DNA from: a bacterium
Lineage (GTDB): Bacteria; SAR324; JACQKK01
Direction: 5' to 3'
DNA: 64,000 nt
Assembly (NCBI GenBank): GCA_965240465.1
Contig: OZ251219.1
Coordinates: 672,001-736,000, forward strand
Part shown: positions 38,746 through 47,584 of the stretch, in pieces
How the letters are laid out: each line of letters opens with the position of its first letter
How positions within the stretch are numbered: the stretch's first letter is position 1
The notes under the pieces: model-generated
Told to the model about the DNA's origin: nothing
Databases searched by the model: none
What the model saw: the letters and a program-made list of their open reading frames with translations, nothing else
Program-made: the position numbers and the translations under genes

Positions 38746-41700
38746 ATGAAAAAATTATCATTACTCTCAAGCATTTTTGTTATCACTCTGTTCTTAGCCA
38801 GCTGTGGCGGTAGTGAAGATAAGAAAGATGGCGGTAGCGAAGATAAGAAAGGTGTTGTAGACCCTGTTACCGTTACTGATGCCGATGGCGATGGCGTAGT
38901 CGACGATGATGACGATTGCGACAGTAGCCGCGAAGGATTCAAAAGTAATGACAACACTGACTACGATGGCGACGGCTGCGAAGATGACAGCACCGAAGAC
39001 ACCGATGACGACAATGATGAAGTAGACGACGGTGATGACGAGTGCCAAACAAGCATAAACTCCAACTTTGTCAGCGTTAGCACCAGCCCTGGCACTATCA
39101 ACGACTACGATGGCGACGGCTGCGAAGATGACAGCACCGAAGACACCGATGACGACAATGATGAGGTAGACGACGATGATGACGAGTGCCAAACAAGCAT
39201 AAACTCCAACTTTGTCAGCAGTGCCACCAATGACCGCGATAATGACGGTTGCGAAGATGCTGGCGAAGACAAAGATGACGACGACGACGGTCTAATAGAA
39301 CTCACCGCTACTACCCTAACCAACATCCGCTACCAACTGGACGGCACTACCTATAAAATAAATGCCAGCGATACAGGCTCTACCATGGGTTGTTCTACTG
39401 TTGATCCCATAGGTTGCAATGGCTATGAAATAACCAATGACATTGATCTTGTTGGCAACTTTGAACCCGTTGCAGGGAATTTCACCGCTATATTTGACGG
39501 CAATAATAATACCATCAATGACCTAACCATTGACAATAGCACTCAGTACACTGGCTTCTTCACTACGGTGGCTTCTGCTGGTGAAGTAAGAAGTATAAAC
39601 TTTGTTGGTGGCTCAATCACCAGTAGCTTTGGCAATTATGGCTATGTGGGAGTTCTGGCAGGCAAGAATGAGGGAACAGTATCCGATATTTCTGCCAATC
39701 TTTCGGTTTCTTCTGTTGGTGCGGGCCCAAATAACAATACAGGTGGCTTGATAGGCGAAAATAGTGGTATCCTGCAGGACAGCCAATCTTCTGGCAATAT
39801 CAGCGGCGGTACCGGTGACAGTGATAATGTGGGTGGCTTGGTAGGTTCCAATAATGGTGGCACCATCCAAAACAGCCGAGCCACTGGCAATGCCAGCGGC
39901 GGTACTGGTAACGGTGATAGTGTGGGTGGCTTGGTAGGTGCAAATAAATCCAGTAGTAGCATTCGAAACAGTTATGCGATCGGTTCTGCCAAGGGTAATG
40001 CTGGTAATGGTGATAGTGTGGGTGGCTTGGTAGGTACCAACACTGGTGGTAGCATCCAGAACAGTTATGCGATCGGTTCTGCCAACGGTGGTGATGGTGA
40101 TGACTATGTGGGTGGCTTAGTGGGACTTATTATTCAAGGAACCATCCTGAACAGTTATGCCTTAGGCGATGTGGATGGGGGCAATGGAGCAACCAGTGAT
40201 AGTGTGGGTCGCTTAATTGGTGGGGAGCAGCTTAGTACGATTTCAGGTAACTATTTTGATGAGAATAGTGGATTAATTGGTAAGGAAGAAAAAACCTTTG
40301 TAGCTTCCAAAGCTCTGGGCAAAACCAGCGACCAGCTGAAAGCCATCAACAATGTTGCCCCCACTACTGATACTACTTGCACTAGTGCTGGGGGAACTTG
40401 GGATGGCACTGCATGCACCGATGGGCATCTGAACCTTAGTACCAACAACTGGGATTTCACTGCTGACAAATACCCCAGCCTGAAATCCTACAAGGTGAAT
40501 GCCAGCGATGTCCAAGTTGAGGGTGTTTTACTCTGTAACCAATCCACCGACTTCGTTCAATGTCCTATGCCTGAGGCCGATGCCGATGGCGATGGCGTAA
40601 CCGACGACATTGACGTGGATGATGACAACGACGGTCTAATAGAACTCACCACTACTACCCTAACCAACATCCGCTACCAACTGGACGGCACTACCTATAA
40701 AATAAATGCCAGCGATACAGGCTCTACCATGGGTTGTTCTACTGTTGATCCCATAGGTTGCAATGGCTATGAAATAACCAATGACATTGATCTTGTTGGC
40801 AACTTTGAACCCGTTGCAGGGGATTTCACCGCTATATTTGACGGCAATAATAATACCATCACTAACCTAACCATTAGCAATAGCTCCTCGCCCACGGGCT
40901 TTTTTGCGGTTCTGGGTACTAATAGCACAGTCAAAAACTTATCCTTTACCAGTGGTTCAATTGCTGGCAGCGGTGGTGATGACTACGTGGGTGTCCTGGC
41001 AGGCACTAATGATGGAACAATATTCAATGTTTCCGCTGATATCTCGGTTTCTGCTGGCGATGGTAGCGACACAGTGGGCGGCTTGGTAGGTAAGAATAGT
41101 AGTATTGGCACCATCGTAAACAGCTCTGCCACTGGCACTGCTGATGGCGATGCTGGTCATGATCGGATAGGTGGCTTGGTAGGGGTTAATGAAGGAACAA
41201 TCCAAAATAGCTCTGCCACTGGCACTGCTAATGGCGGTGGCGATAGTGATTATGGGATAGGTAGCTTGGTAGGGAATAATGAGGGAACAATCCAAAATAG
41301 CTATGCCACTGGCACTGCTAATGGCGGTGATGGTGCTGATGGTGGAATAGGTGGCTTGGTAGGGGATAATAGTAGTACTGGCACCATCAGAAATAGCTAT
41401 GCCACCGGCATTGCTAATGGCAATGATAGTGATGATGCTGGGACAGGTGGCTTGGTAGGGGTTAATGAAGGAACAATCCAAAATAGCTATGCCACTGGCA
41501 ATGCTAATGGCGGTGCGGGTACTGACTATGTAGGCGGTTTGGTAGGGGGGAATGTTAGTAATGGCACCATCAGAAATAGCTATTCCTTAGGTGCTGTTGA
41601 TGGGGGGGGGAATGCTAGTTCCGGTGGTGTTGGTAGATTGGTTGGCTATAAAGATATAGGAGTAATTATTACCGGCAACTATTATAATGATACTAGTAGC

Positions 41701-41964
41701 GTATCTAATGGAGCCGAACTAACCCTTGGTAACACCGAGGCCAAAGGCAAAACCCTTGCTCAACTAAAAGACTTGGATGCCGATGATACCGAAACTGACT
41801 TTGGTGCGAGCAATCGCTGGAATGAATTCAACTGGAATTTCACTGACACCAAATACCCCAGCCTGAAGTCCTACAAGGTGGATGCCAACGATGCCCAAAT
41901 CGCAGGCGATCTACTCTGTGGGCAATTACCCGTAGCTGACTTCGTTCAGTGTACCAGTCCCTAG
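38746..41964 (+). CDS. Surface lipoprotein 5: acidic repeats and 2 GLUG modules
   Basis: N-terminus near-identical to gene 3; lipobox FLASC. Confidence 0.88.
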   Translation: MKKLSLLSSIFVITLFLASCGGSEDKKDGGSEDKKGVVDPVTVTDADGDGVVDDDDDCDSSREGFKSNDNTDYDGDGCEDDSTEDTDDDNDEVDDGDDECQTSINSNFVSVSTSPGTINDYDGDGCEDDSTEDTDDDNDEVDDDDDECQTSINSNFVSSATNDRDNDGCEDAGEDKDDDDDGLIELTATTLTNIRYQLDGTTYKINASDTGSTMGCSTVDPIGCNGYEITNDIDLVGNFEPVAGNFTAIFDGNNNTINDLTIDNSTQYTGFFTTVASAGEVRSINFVGGSITSSFGNYGYVGVLAGKNEGTVSDISANLSVSSVGAGPNNNTGGLIGENSGILQDSQSSGNISGGTGDSDNVGGLVGSNNGGTIQNSRATGNASGGTGNGDSVGGLVGANKSSSSIRNSYAIGSAKGNAGNGDSVGGLVGTNTGGSIQNSYAIGSANGGDGDDYVGGLVGLIIQGTILNSYALGDVDGGNGATSDSVGRLIGGEQLSTISGNYFDENSGLIGKEEKTFVASKALGKTSDQLKAINNVAPTTDTTCTSAGGTWDGTACTDGHLNLSTNNWDFTADKYPSLKSYKVNASDVQVEGVLLCNQSTDFVQCPMPEADADGDGVTDDIDVDDDNDGLIELTTTTLTNIRYQLDGTTYKINASDTGSTMGCSTVDPIGCNGYEITNDIDLVGNFEPVAGDFTAIFDGNNNTITNLTISNSSSPTGFFAVLGTNSTVKNLSFTSGSIAGSGGDDYVGVLAGTNDGTIFNVSADISVSAGDGSDTVGGLVGKNSSIGTIVNSSATGTADGDAGHDRIGGLVGVNEGTIQNSSATGTANGGGDSDYGIGSLVGNNEGTIQNSYATGTANGGDGADGGIGGLVGDNSSTGTIRNSYATGIANGNDSDDAGTGGLVGVNEGTIQNSYATGNANGGAGTDYVGGLVGGNVSNGTIRNSYSLGAVDGGGNASSGGVGRLVGYKDIGVIITGNYYNDTSSVSNGAELTLGNTEAKGKTLAQLKDLDADDTETDFGASNRWNEFNWNFTDTKYPSLKSYKVDANDAQIAGDLLCGQLPVADFVQCTSP

Positions 41965-42008
41965 GCTAGACCCCCCCCCCTCAATCCCCCAGACTGCCTT
42001 ATAGGAAC

Positions 42009-42037
42009 TTGACAACGCCCCCTCTGCCTGCCATGAT
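42009..42037 (+). promoter_or_regulatory. Sigma70-type promoter for lipoprotein gene 6
   Basis: TTGACA-17 nt-CATGAT; GGAGG RBS before ATG 42105. Confidence 0.55.
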
Positions 42038-42104
42038 AAAAACTGACGATTTCTCAAAGCTGGGGAATGCCCTAGCCTTTTACACCAATATCGGAGGATT
42101 TCTG

Positions 42105-43931
42105 ATGAAAAAATTATCACTACTATCAGCCAGTTGTATTCTGGCTTTATTTTTAGCTAGCTGCGGGGGGGGTAGTAGCGGTGGTGGTGGTGGTGGTGGA
42201 TCTGTTGCCGACGCCGACGGCGACGGTCTAATAGAAATTGCCACTGCTGAGGAACTGAACAACATTCGCCATAATTTGGCAGGCACTAGTTATAATGATG
42301 GCACGAATGCTCCATCTAGTACGGGCTGTCCTAGATCTGGTTGTAATGGCTACGAACTAGCTGACGACATTGATCTTTCCTCCATTACCAACTTTGTTCC
42401 CATTGGACAATTAGGCAGTCCTTTCACGGCTATCTTTGAAGGTAATGATTACACCATCAGTAACCTAAACATTGCCACCGACAATACCACCTACTACACG
42501 GGATTCTTTGCGATCTCTAGAGGCAAAGTGCAAAACTTGTCCTTTGCAACAGGTTCAGTTGCCAGTAGCAATAATGGTGGTAGTAGGAGTAATCTCAACT
42601 GTGTAGGGGTTCTGGCAGGCAGAAATAATGGAATAATATCGGGTGTTTCTTCGGGGCCATCGGTTTCTGCTGGCACAGGTGACTATGACTGTGTAGGTGG
42701 CTTGGTAGGTAGCAATAATGGCACTATTCAAAATAGCTCTGTCACTAGCTCTGTCACTAGCTCTGTCACTGGCTCTGCTGATGGCGGTGGTGGTAACTAT
42801 GACTATGTGGGTGGCTTGGTAGGTTATAATGGAGGTAGCATCCAAAATAGCCGTGCCACTGCCACTGCCAATGGCGGTGGTGGTAACTATGACAATGTGG
42901 GTGGCTTGGTAGGTTATAATGGAGGTAGCATTGGTAATAGCTCTGCCACTGGCTCTGCTGATGGCGATGATGGTGACACTGACTCTGTGGGTGGCTTGGT
43001 AGGTTATAATACTGGCACCATCCGAGATAGTCATGCCACTGGCTCTGCTGATGGCGATGATGGTGAATATGACTCTGTGGGTGGCTTGGTGGGTAGTAAC
43101 TACGGCACCATCGGTAATAGCTCTGCCACTGGCATTGCCAGTGGCGGTGCTGGTAATGACAATGTGGGTGGCTTGGTAGGTGGTAATACTAGCACGATCC
43201 AGAACAGCTATGCCACTGGCATTGCCAGTGGCGGTGCTGGTAATGACTTTGTGGGTGGCTTGGTGGGTTATGATTTTAATGGCACCATCGGTAATAGTTA
43301 TGCCACTGGCAATGCCAATAGCGATGCTGGTAATGACTATGTGGGTGGCTTGGTGGGTTATGATTTTAATGGCACCATCGGTAATAGCTATGCCACTGGC
43401 AAAGCCAATGGCGGTGATGGTGATGACGCTGTGGGTGGCTTAGTGGGGAGTATTAATAATGATGAAAATGCTTTAACCATCGGTAATAGTTATGCCTTAG
43501 GCAATGTGGTTGGGGGCGAGGGAACCGATGAAGTGGGTCGCTTGATTGGAAAAAAAGGGACTGGGACTGGGACAATTACAATTACCAGCAACTATTATGA
43601 TAGTGATAGTGTCTTAGATGGCGAAAATCCCCTATCCCTTCCAGATACCGAAGCTCTGGGCAAAACCAGCGACCAGCTGAAAGCCAACAACAATGTTGCC
43701 CCCGATAGTGGTACTGCTTGCACTAGTGCTGGGGGAACTTGGGATAGCGGTGCATGCACCGATGGGCATCTGAACCTTAGTGCCAACAACTGGGATTTCA
43801 CTGACGGCAAATACCCCAGCTTAAAGTCCTACAAGGTGGATGCCAACGATACCCAAATCGCAGGCGATCTACTCTGTGGGCAATTACCCGTGGCTGACTT
43901 CGTTCAGTGTCCCCCCCCCACTACGCCTTAG
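42105..43931 (+). CDS. Surface lipoprotein 6: 1 GLUG module
   Basis: Start MKKLSLL after GGAGG; lipobox FLASC; VGGLVG repeats. Confidence 0.88.
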   Translation: MKKLSLLSASCILALFLASCGGGSSGGGGGGGSVADADGDGLIEIATAEELNNIRHNLAGTSYNDGTNAPSSTGCPRSGCNGYELADDIDLSSITNFVPIGQLGSPFTAIFEGNDYTISNLNIATDNTTYYTGFFAISRGKVQNLSFATGSVASSNNGGSRSNLNCVGVLAGRNNGIISGVSSGPSVSAGTGDYDCVGGLVGSNNGTIQNSSVTSSVTSSVTGSADGGGGNYDYVGGLVGYNGGSIQNSRATATANGGGGNYDNVGGLVGYNGGSIGNSSATGSADGDDGDTDSVGGLVGYNTGTIRDSHATGSADGDDGEYDSVGGLVGSNYGTIGNSSATGIASGGAGNDNVGGLVGGNTSTIQNSYATGIASGGAGNDFVGGLVGYDFNGTIGNSYATGNANSDAGNDYVGGLVGYDFNGTIGNSYATGKANGGDGDDAVGGLVGSINNDENALTIGNSYALGNVVGGEGTDEVGRLIGKKGTGTGTITITSNYYDSDSVLDGENPLSLPDTEALGKTSDQLKANNNVAPDSGTACTSAGGTWDSGACTDGHLNLSANNWDFTDGKYPSLKSYKVDANDTQIAGDLLCGQLPVADFVQCPPPTTP

Positions 43932-43977
43932 GCTAGCCCCCCCCCCCCGACTGCACCCTAGGCTACACCCTCGGCAA

Positions 43978-44094
43978 ACTGCTTGAAAAAAGCAACCGAG
44001 CATTTTTCTGGGAGTGAGTAGTACTCACTCCCTTTTTCTTTTTGGTAGGGGGGACAACCAATCTCTTTTAAGCACTTGACAAACTGATCGCGAT
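43978..44094 (+). terminator. Repeated intergenic element copy 4 (terminator; its 3' end supplies a -35 box)
   Basis: Hairpin 44010-44032 plus T-tract; ends TTTTAAGCACTTGACAAACTGATCGCGAT. Confidence 0.85.
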
Positions 44095-44104
44095 ACCCTA
44101 CACT
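44076..44104 (+). promoter_or_regulatory. Sigma70 promoter preceding the candidate ncRNA
   Basis: TTGACA (44076-81)-17 nt-TACACT (44099-104); no credible ORF downstream. Confidence 0.75.
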
Positions 44105-44193
44105 CACATTATCAAAACATTTTTAGTGATCCAAACTGCAGTTATGCCAAACCTAGGCTGGTAAGGATAGGTTCGCTAAGGGTTTTAGATAAC

Positions 44194-44783
44194 GAATGAA
44201 AGGGGATTGGTGGGTAGTGACCGCCTGAGGTTCCGTCATACCGAAGGGTGGATCATGTGTGTCCTTTGTGCCTTTTGGCATATGTTTTGGCACACGCAAA
44301 TGACGAGGAAGATGAGGAGGTAGATTGCACCGAAATCTCTTCTCCCCTCCGCAAATGAGTAGAACTTAGGCAAGTCCTAGATTCCTGCCATTAAGGGATT
44401 AAAACGCGGATTAAGCAATCGCAGAAACACTGGCGGGAGTTTAATAGCTCCGAAGGTCGTGAAACGCCGTTTCTGTTTTGGTAAGTACTTTTAGTACTTT
44501 TTCCAAGGTATAATTTCACGCCTAGTACCGAGCTGGGACTGAGCAATTTTAATTAATTGCCAGTTTGCATTGCTAGTTTGCATTGCTAGTTTGCATTGCC
44601 AGAGCGAAAGCGAACGCAAGTCTCGGTTCACTTAGTGGCATCCTTTCGGTAGCCACTAGCGAAGCTGAGGTCGTCATTGCAAACCGTAAGACTTCGCGGG
44701 AGGACCGTGCCATCATCTCAGGGTGAGGATTTTTGAGAATAATGGAGCAAGCGATGACATTCCTCACCAAGCCTCTTTCATTC
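44194..44783 (+). ncRNA. Candidate large structured ncRNA (~590-nt core; transcript probably from ~44111)
   Basis: 44194-44214 pairs with 44763-44783 (2 G-U, 1 mismatch); dense nested hairpins, GNRA loops, pseudoknot; own promoter and downstream terminator; family not identified. Confidence 0.8.
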
Positions 44784-44872
44784 TACCCCCCCAAAAAAAC
44801 CCACCCACCCCCAAAAAAACCCCTACCCCCCTCACCTTGATTTCTCCATCACCCTGCATCCCCCTCCCCCCC

Positions 44873-44982
44873 GACTGCTTGAAGAAGGCAGCCCTAGCAT
44901 TTGGGAGTGAGTCTCACTCCCTTTCTTTTTGGTGGGGGGACAACACCAATCTCTTTTAAGCACTTGATAAATTGATCGCGAT
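44873..44982 (+). terminator. Repeated intergenic element copy 5 (likely terminator of the ncRNA; abuts convergent uvrB)
   Basis: GGGAGTGAG-T-CTCACTCCC (44903-44921) plus T-tract; direct repeat of copy 4. Confidence 0.85.
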
Positions 44983-44986
44983 GTTT

Positions 44987-46978
44987 TTAGTAGATTCCCA
45001 GATTTTCCTTTTTAATACGAGTGATTTCATCACGGATATCGGCAGCTTGTTCAAATTTCAGGTTTTTGGCGGCTAGTTTCATGGATTTTTCCAGTTGTTT
45101 GACTTCTTTGAGCCAGTTTAGGTTAGATTGATGGTTTTTGGAGATAAGGGTATCAGGGGGAGATTTTTTTGATTTGGCAGGGGTTTTTTCAGCCGAGCTC
45201 AGTTGAGTTTCCAGTATTCTTTGGACGGCTCGGGGAGTGATGTGATGTTTTTTGTTGTAGTTTTGCTGGATGTTTCGGCGGCGATTAGTTTCATTGATAA
45301 CAGATTGCATGGAGGGGGTGATTTTTTCGGCATAGAAGATGATGCGTCCTTTTTCGTGTCTGGCGGCTCGTCCGCAGGTTTGCATAAGGGAGCGTTCAGA
45401 GCGTAGGAAGCCTTCCTTATCGGCATCAAGGATGGCGACTAGGGAGACTTCAGGGAGGTCTAGTCCTTCTCTTAGGAGATTGATGCCTACGAGTACATCA
45501 AAGGCTCCGCTACGGAGGTTGCGTATTATTTCGGCTCTTTCCAGGGCGTTGACTTCTGAGTGCATCCAGCATATTTTGATTCCGAGTTTTTCATAATAGG
45601 TTGCGATGTCTTCAGCCATTCTTTTGGTGAGGGTGATGATGAGTACTCGTTCATTTTTTTGGGAGCATAGTCGTAGTTCGTGTAGGAGGTGGTCTATTTG
45701 TTGGTTAGCTGGTAGCACTTTGATGGGGGGATCGAGCAATCCAGTGGGTCGGATGAGCAGTTCTAGGGGTTTGCTTATTTTGCGTTCATAGGGTCCAGGG
45801 GTAGCAGAGAGGTAGATGGCTTGGACGATTCTTTGTTGATATTCTTCAAAGGTTAGGGGTCGGTTATCCAGGGCACTGGGTAGTCGGAAGCCGTGTGCGA
45901 CGAGGGTTTTTTTTCTAGCTTGGTCGCCTTTGGACATTCCAGCTAGTTGTGGGAAGCTGACGTGGCTTTCATCAACGAATAGCAGGGAGCGAGTGGGAAA
46001 GTAGTCTATCAATGTTTCTGGGGGGCTACCGGGTTTTCTATTATGTAGCCAGCGGCTGTAGTTTTCTATTCCCTTGCAAAAGCCGGTTTCTTCCATCATT
46101 TCTAGATCAAAGTTGGTGCGTTGTTCCAGTCTTTGTGCTTCTAGCAGTTTGTTTTCTTTATGGAGATTGATTAATTGTTCAGCGAGTTCTTCCCTGATAG
46201 AGTTCAAGGCATGCTTCATTTCACTGGGAGGCGATACATAATGAGAAGCAGGGTAGATAGCAATCTTGCTAAGTAGTTCTACCTTATTGCCTCTTACGGT
46301 ATCTATACGGCTGATGGCTTCTATTTCGTCGCCAAAGAACTCTATCCTTATTGCGTGTTCGCTTTCGGCAGGGAACACTTCTACCACATCTCCCCGTACC
46401 CGAAATACTCCCCGATGAAAATCGTAATCATTACGTGTGTATTGAACATCCACCAGCCGTAGTAGCAAGGTATCTCGGGAGAGTTTCTCGCCTACTTGTA
46501 CGTACACCAGCATTTTCCGATAAATCTCGGGCGAACCCAATCCATAAATGCATGACACACTAGCTACGATTACCACATCTTCTCGCTCCAACAGGGATTT
46601 GGTAGCCGAAAGACGCATGCGATCAAGTTCATCATTGATGGAAGCATCTTTTTCAATGTATAAGTCTTGGGCGGGGAGATAGGCTTCGGGTTGGTAGTAG
46701 TCGTAATAGCTGACGAAGTACTCCACTGCATTATCGGGGAAGAATCTCTTAAACTCTTGGTAGAGTTGGGCTGCTAGGATTTTGTTAGGAGCGATTACTA
46801 ATCCTGGACGCTGGAGATTTGCTATGACATTAGCCATAAGAAAGGTTTTACCAGAGCCAGTAACTCCAGCTAGGGTTTGATGCTGAACTCCAGAGGAGAA
46901 TCCAGTACATAGTTTATCAACCACCTCAGCTTGGGGCGGAGTAAGAGAGAACTGCGATTGCAGACGGAATTTATTCAT
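44987..46978 (-). CDS. uvrB: Excinuclease ABC subunit B
   Basis: GVTGSGKTF, FVSYYDYYQPEAY, GINLLREGLDLPEV, C-terminal UVR domain. Confidence 0.98.
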   Translation of the reverse strand: MNKFRLQSQFSLTPPQAEVVDKLCTGFSSGVQHQTLAGVTGSGKTFLMANVIANLQRPGLVIAPNKILAAQLYQEFKRFFPDNAVEYFVSYYDYYQPEAYLPAQDLYIEKDASINDELDRMRLSATKSLLEREDVVIVASVSCIYGLGSPEIYRKMLVYVQVGEKLSRDTLLLRLVDVQYTRNDYDFHRGVFRVRGDVVEVFPAESEHAIRIEFFGDEIEAISRIDTVRGNKVELLSKIAIYPASHYVSPPSEMKHALNSIREELAEQLINLHKENKLLEAQRLEQRTNFDLEMMEETGFCKGIENYSRWLHNRKPGSPPETLIDYFPTRSLLFVDESHVSFPQLAGMSKGDQARKKTLVAHGFRLPSALDNRPLTFEEYQQRIVQAIYLSATPGPYERKISKPLELLIRPTGLLDPPIKVLPANQQIDHLLHELRLCSQKNERVLIITLTKRMAEDIATYYEKLGIKICWMHSEVNALERAEIIRNLRSGAFDVLVGINLLREGLDLPEVSLVAILDADKEGFLRSERSLMQTCGRAARHEKGRIIFYAEKITPSMQSVINETNRRRNIQQNYNKKHHITPRAVQRILETQLSSAEKTPAKSKKSPPDTLISKNHQSNLNWLKEVKQLEKSMKLAAKNLKFEQAADIRDEITRIKKENLGIY

Positions 46979-47183
46979 AGCTGAGCTTGTTCAATTAGCC
47001 TTGTTTAGTGAGTCTTATTTAGTGAGTCTTATTTAGTGAGTTTGGGGTGTATTTGACATAATATGGAGTAGCAGTGCATGCTGTGAACGGATGGGGGGAG
47101 GTTTGGGAGAGGTAGAGGGGTTGTCCTTATGATTGGGATATTCTAGTAGTAGGATAGTGTATTTACGAGGGAGGATAGAAGTT

Positions 47184-47567
47184 ATGAGTAAGAAGTTGTT
47201 TATTGCCCATGCTCAGAGTTTGGAAGAAGATTACCTAGGATTAAAGAGGTTGCTATCCCGCTATTACAGCATAGATGATTTTGCGGTTTGGGATAATAAA
47301 CGCCTGCCTCGATCTCGCTGGGATGACGTACAATCGCGCATCAAGGAGTGTGGAGTTTTTGTGTTGGTGGCGGGAGCGTATGGGGTGAATTCGGGTGTGA
47401 TCAAGGATGAAATTAAGATAGCCAAGGAGGCGGGGTTACCAGTGTTAGTGGTGGAGCGTCATAGCAAGGATCGCTCTGTTACCTTGCATTACATGGCCGA
47501 TGAAGTGGTGGCATGGAATACCAACGAGATCAGTAATGCGGTGCGTAGGTTGTCTCAGAAGCAGTAG
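47184..47567 (+). CDS. TIR-like (DUF1863/ThsB-type) domain protein
   Basis: KLFIAH..., IKECGVFVLVAG...IKDEIKIAKE.GLPVLVV, ADEVVAWNTNEISNAV; start at ATG 47184 after GGAGG. Confidence 0.7.
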   Translation: MSKKLFIAHAQSLEEDYLGLKRLLSRYYSIDDFAVWDNKRLPRSRWDDVQSRIKECGVFVLVAGAYGVNSGVIKDEIKIAKEAGLPVLVVERHSKDRSVTLHYMADEVVAWNTNEISNAVRRLSQKQ

Positions 47568-47584
47568 AGTTTTACTAAGTTTTA

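Noticed and set aside
19603-43810. Numerous antisense and alternative-frame ORFs within the lipoprotein genes
   Set aside because: Shadow ORFs produced by repetitive Asp/Gly codon usage.
44194-44783. Identity as tmRNA, RNase P RNA, 6S, SRP or a group I/II intron
   Set aside because: No tRNA-like GGGG.../TTCGA..CCACCA ends, no GAGGAAAGTCC P4 signature, too long for 6S/SRP, no recognisable group II domain V or group I core, and no interrupted host gene. Judged by eye only.
19385-44790. Diversity-generating retroelement acting on the lipoproteins
   Set aside because: No reverse transcriptase in the window, the ncRNA shows no similarity to the gene 3' ends, and differences between repeats are not visibly adenine-specific.
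44573-44959. Short ORFs 44573-44770 (-) and 44723-44959 (+)
   Set aside because: No RBS or recognisable motifs; they run through tandem repeats, C-tracts and RNA helices.
32505-44982. Integron attC cassette array or CRISPR array
   Set aside because: The elements lack clear RYYYAAC/GTTRRRY ends, no integrase or cas genes are present, the genes carry their own promoters, and spacing is kilobases.
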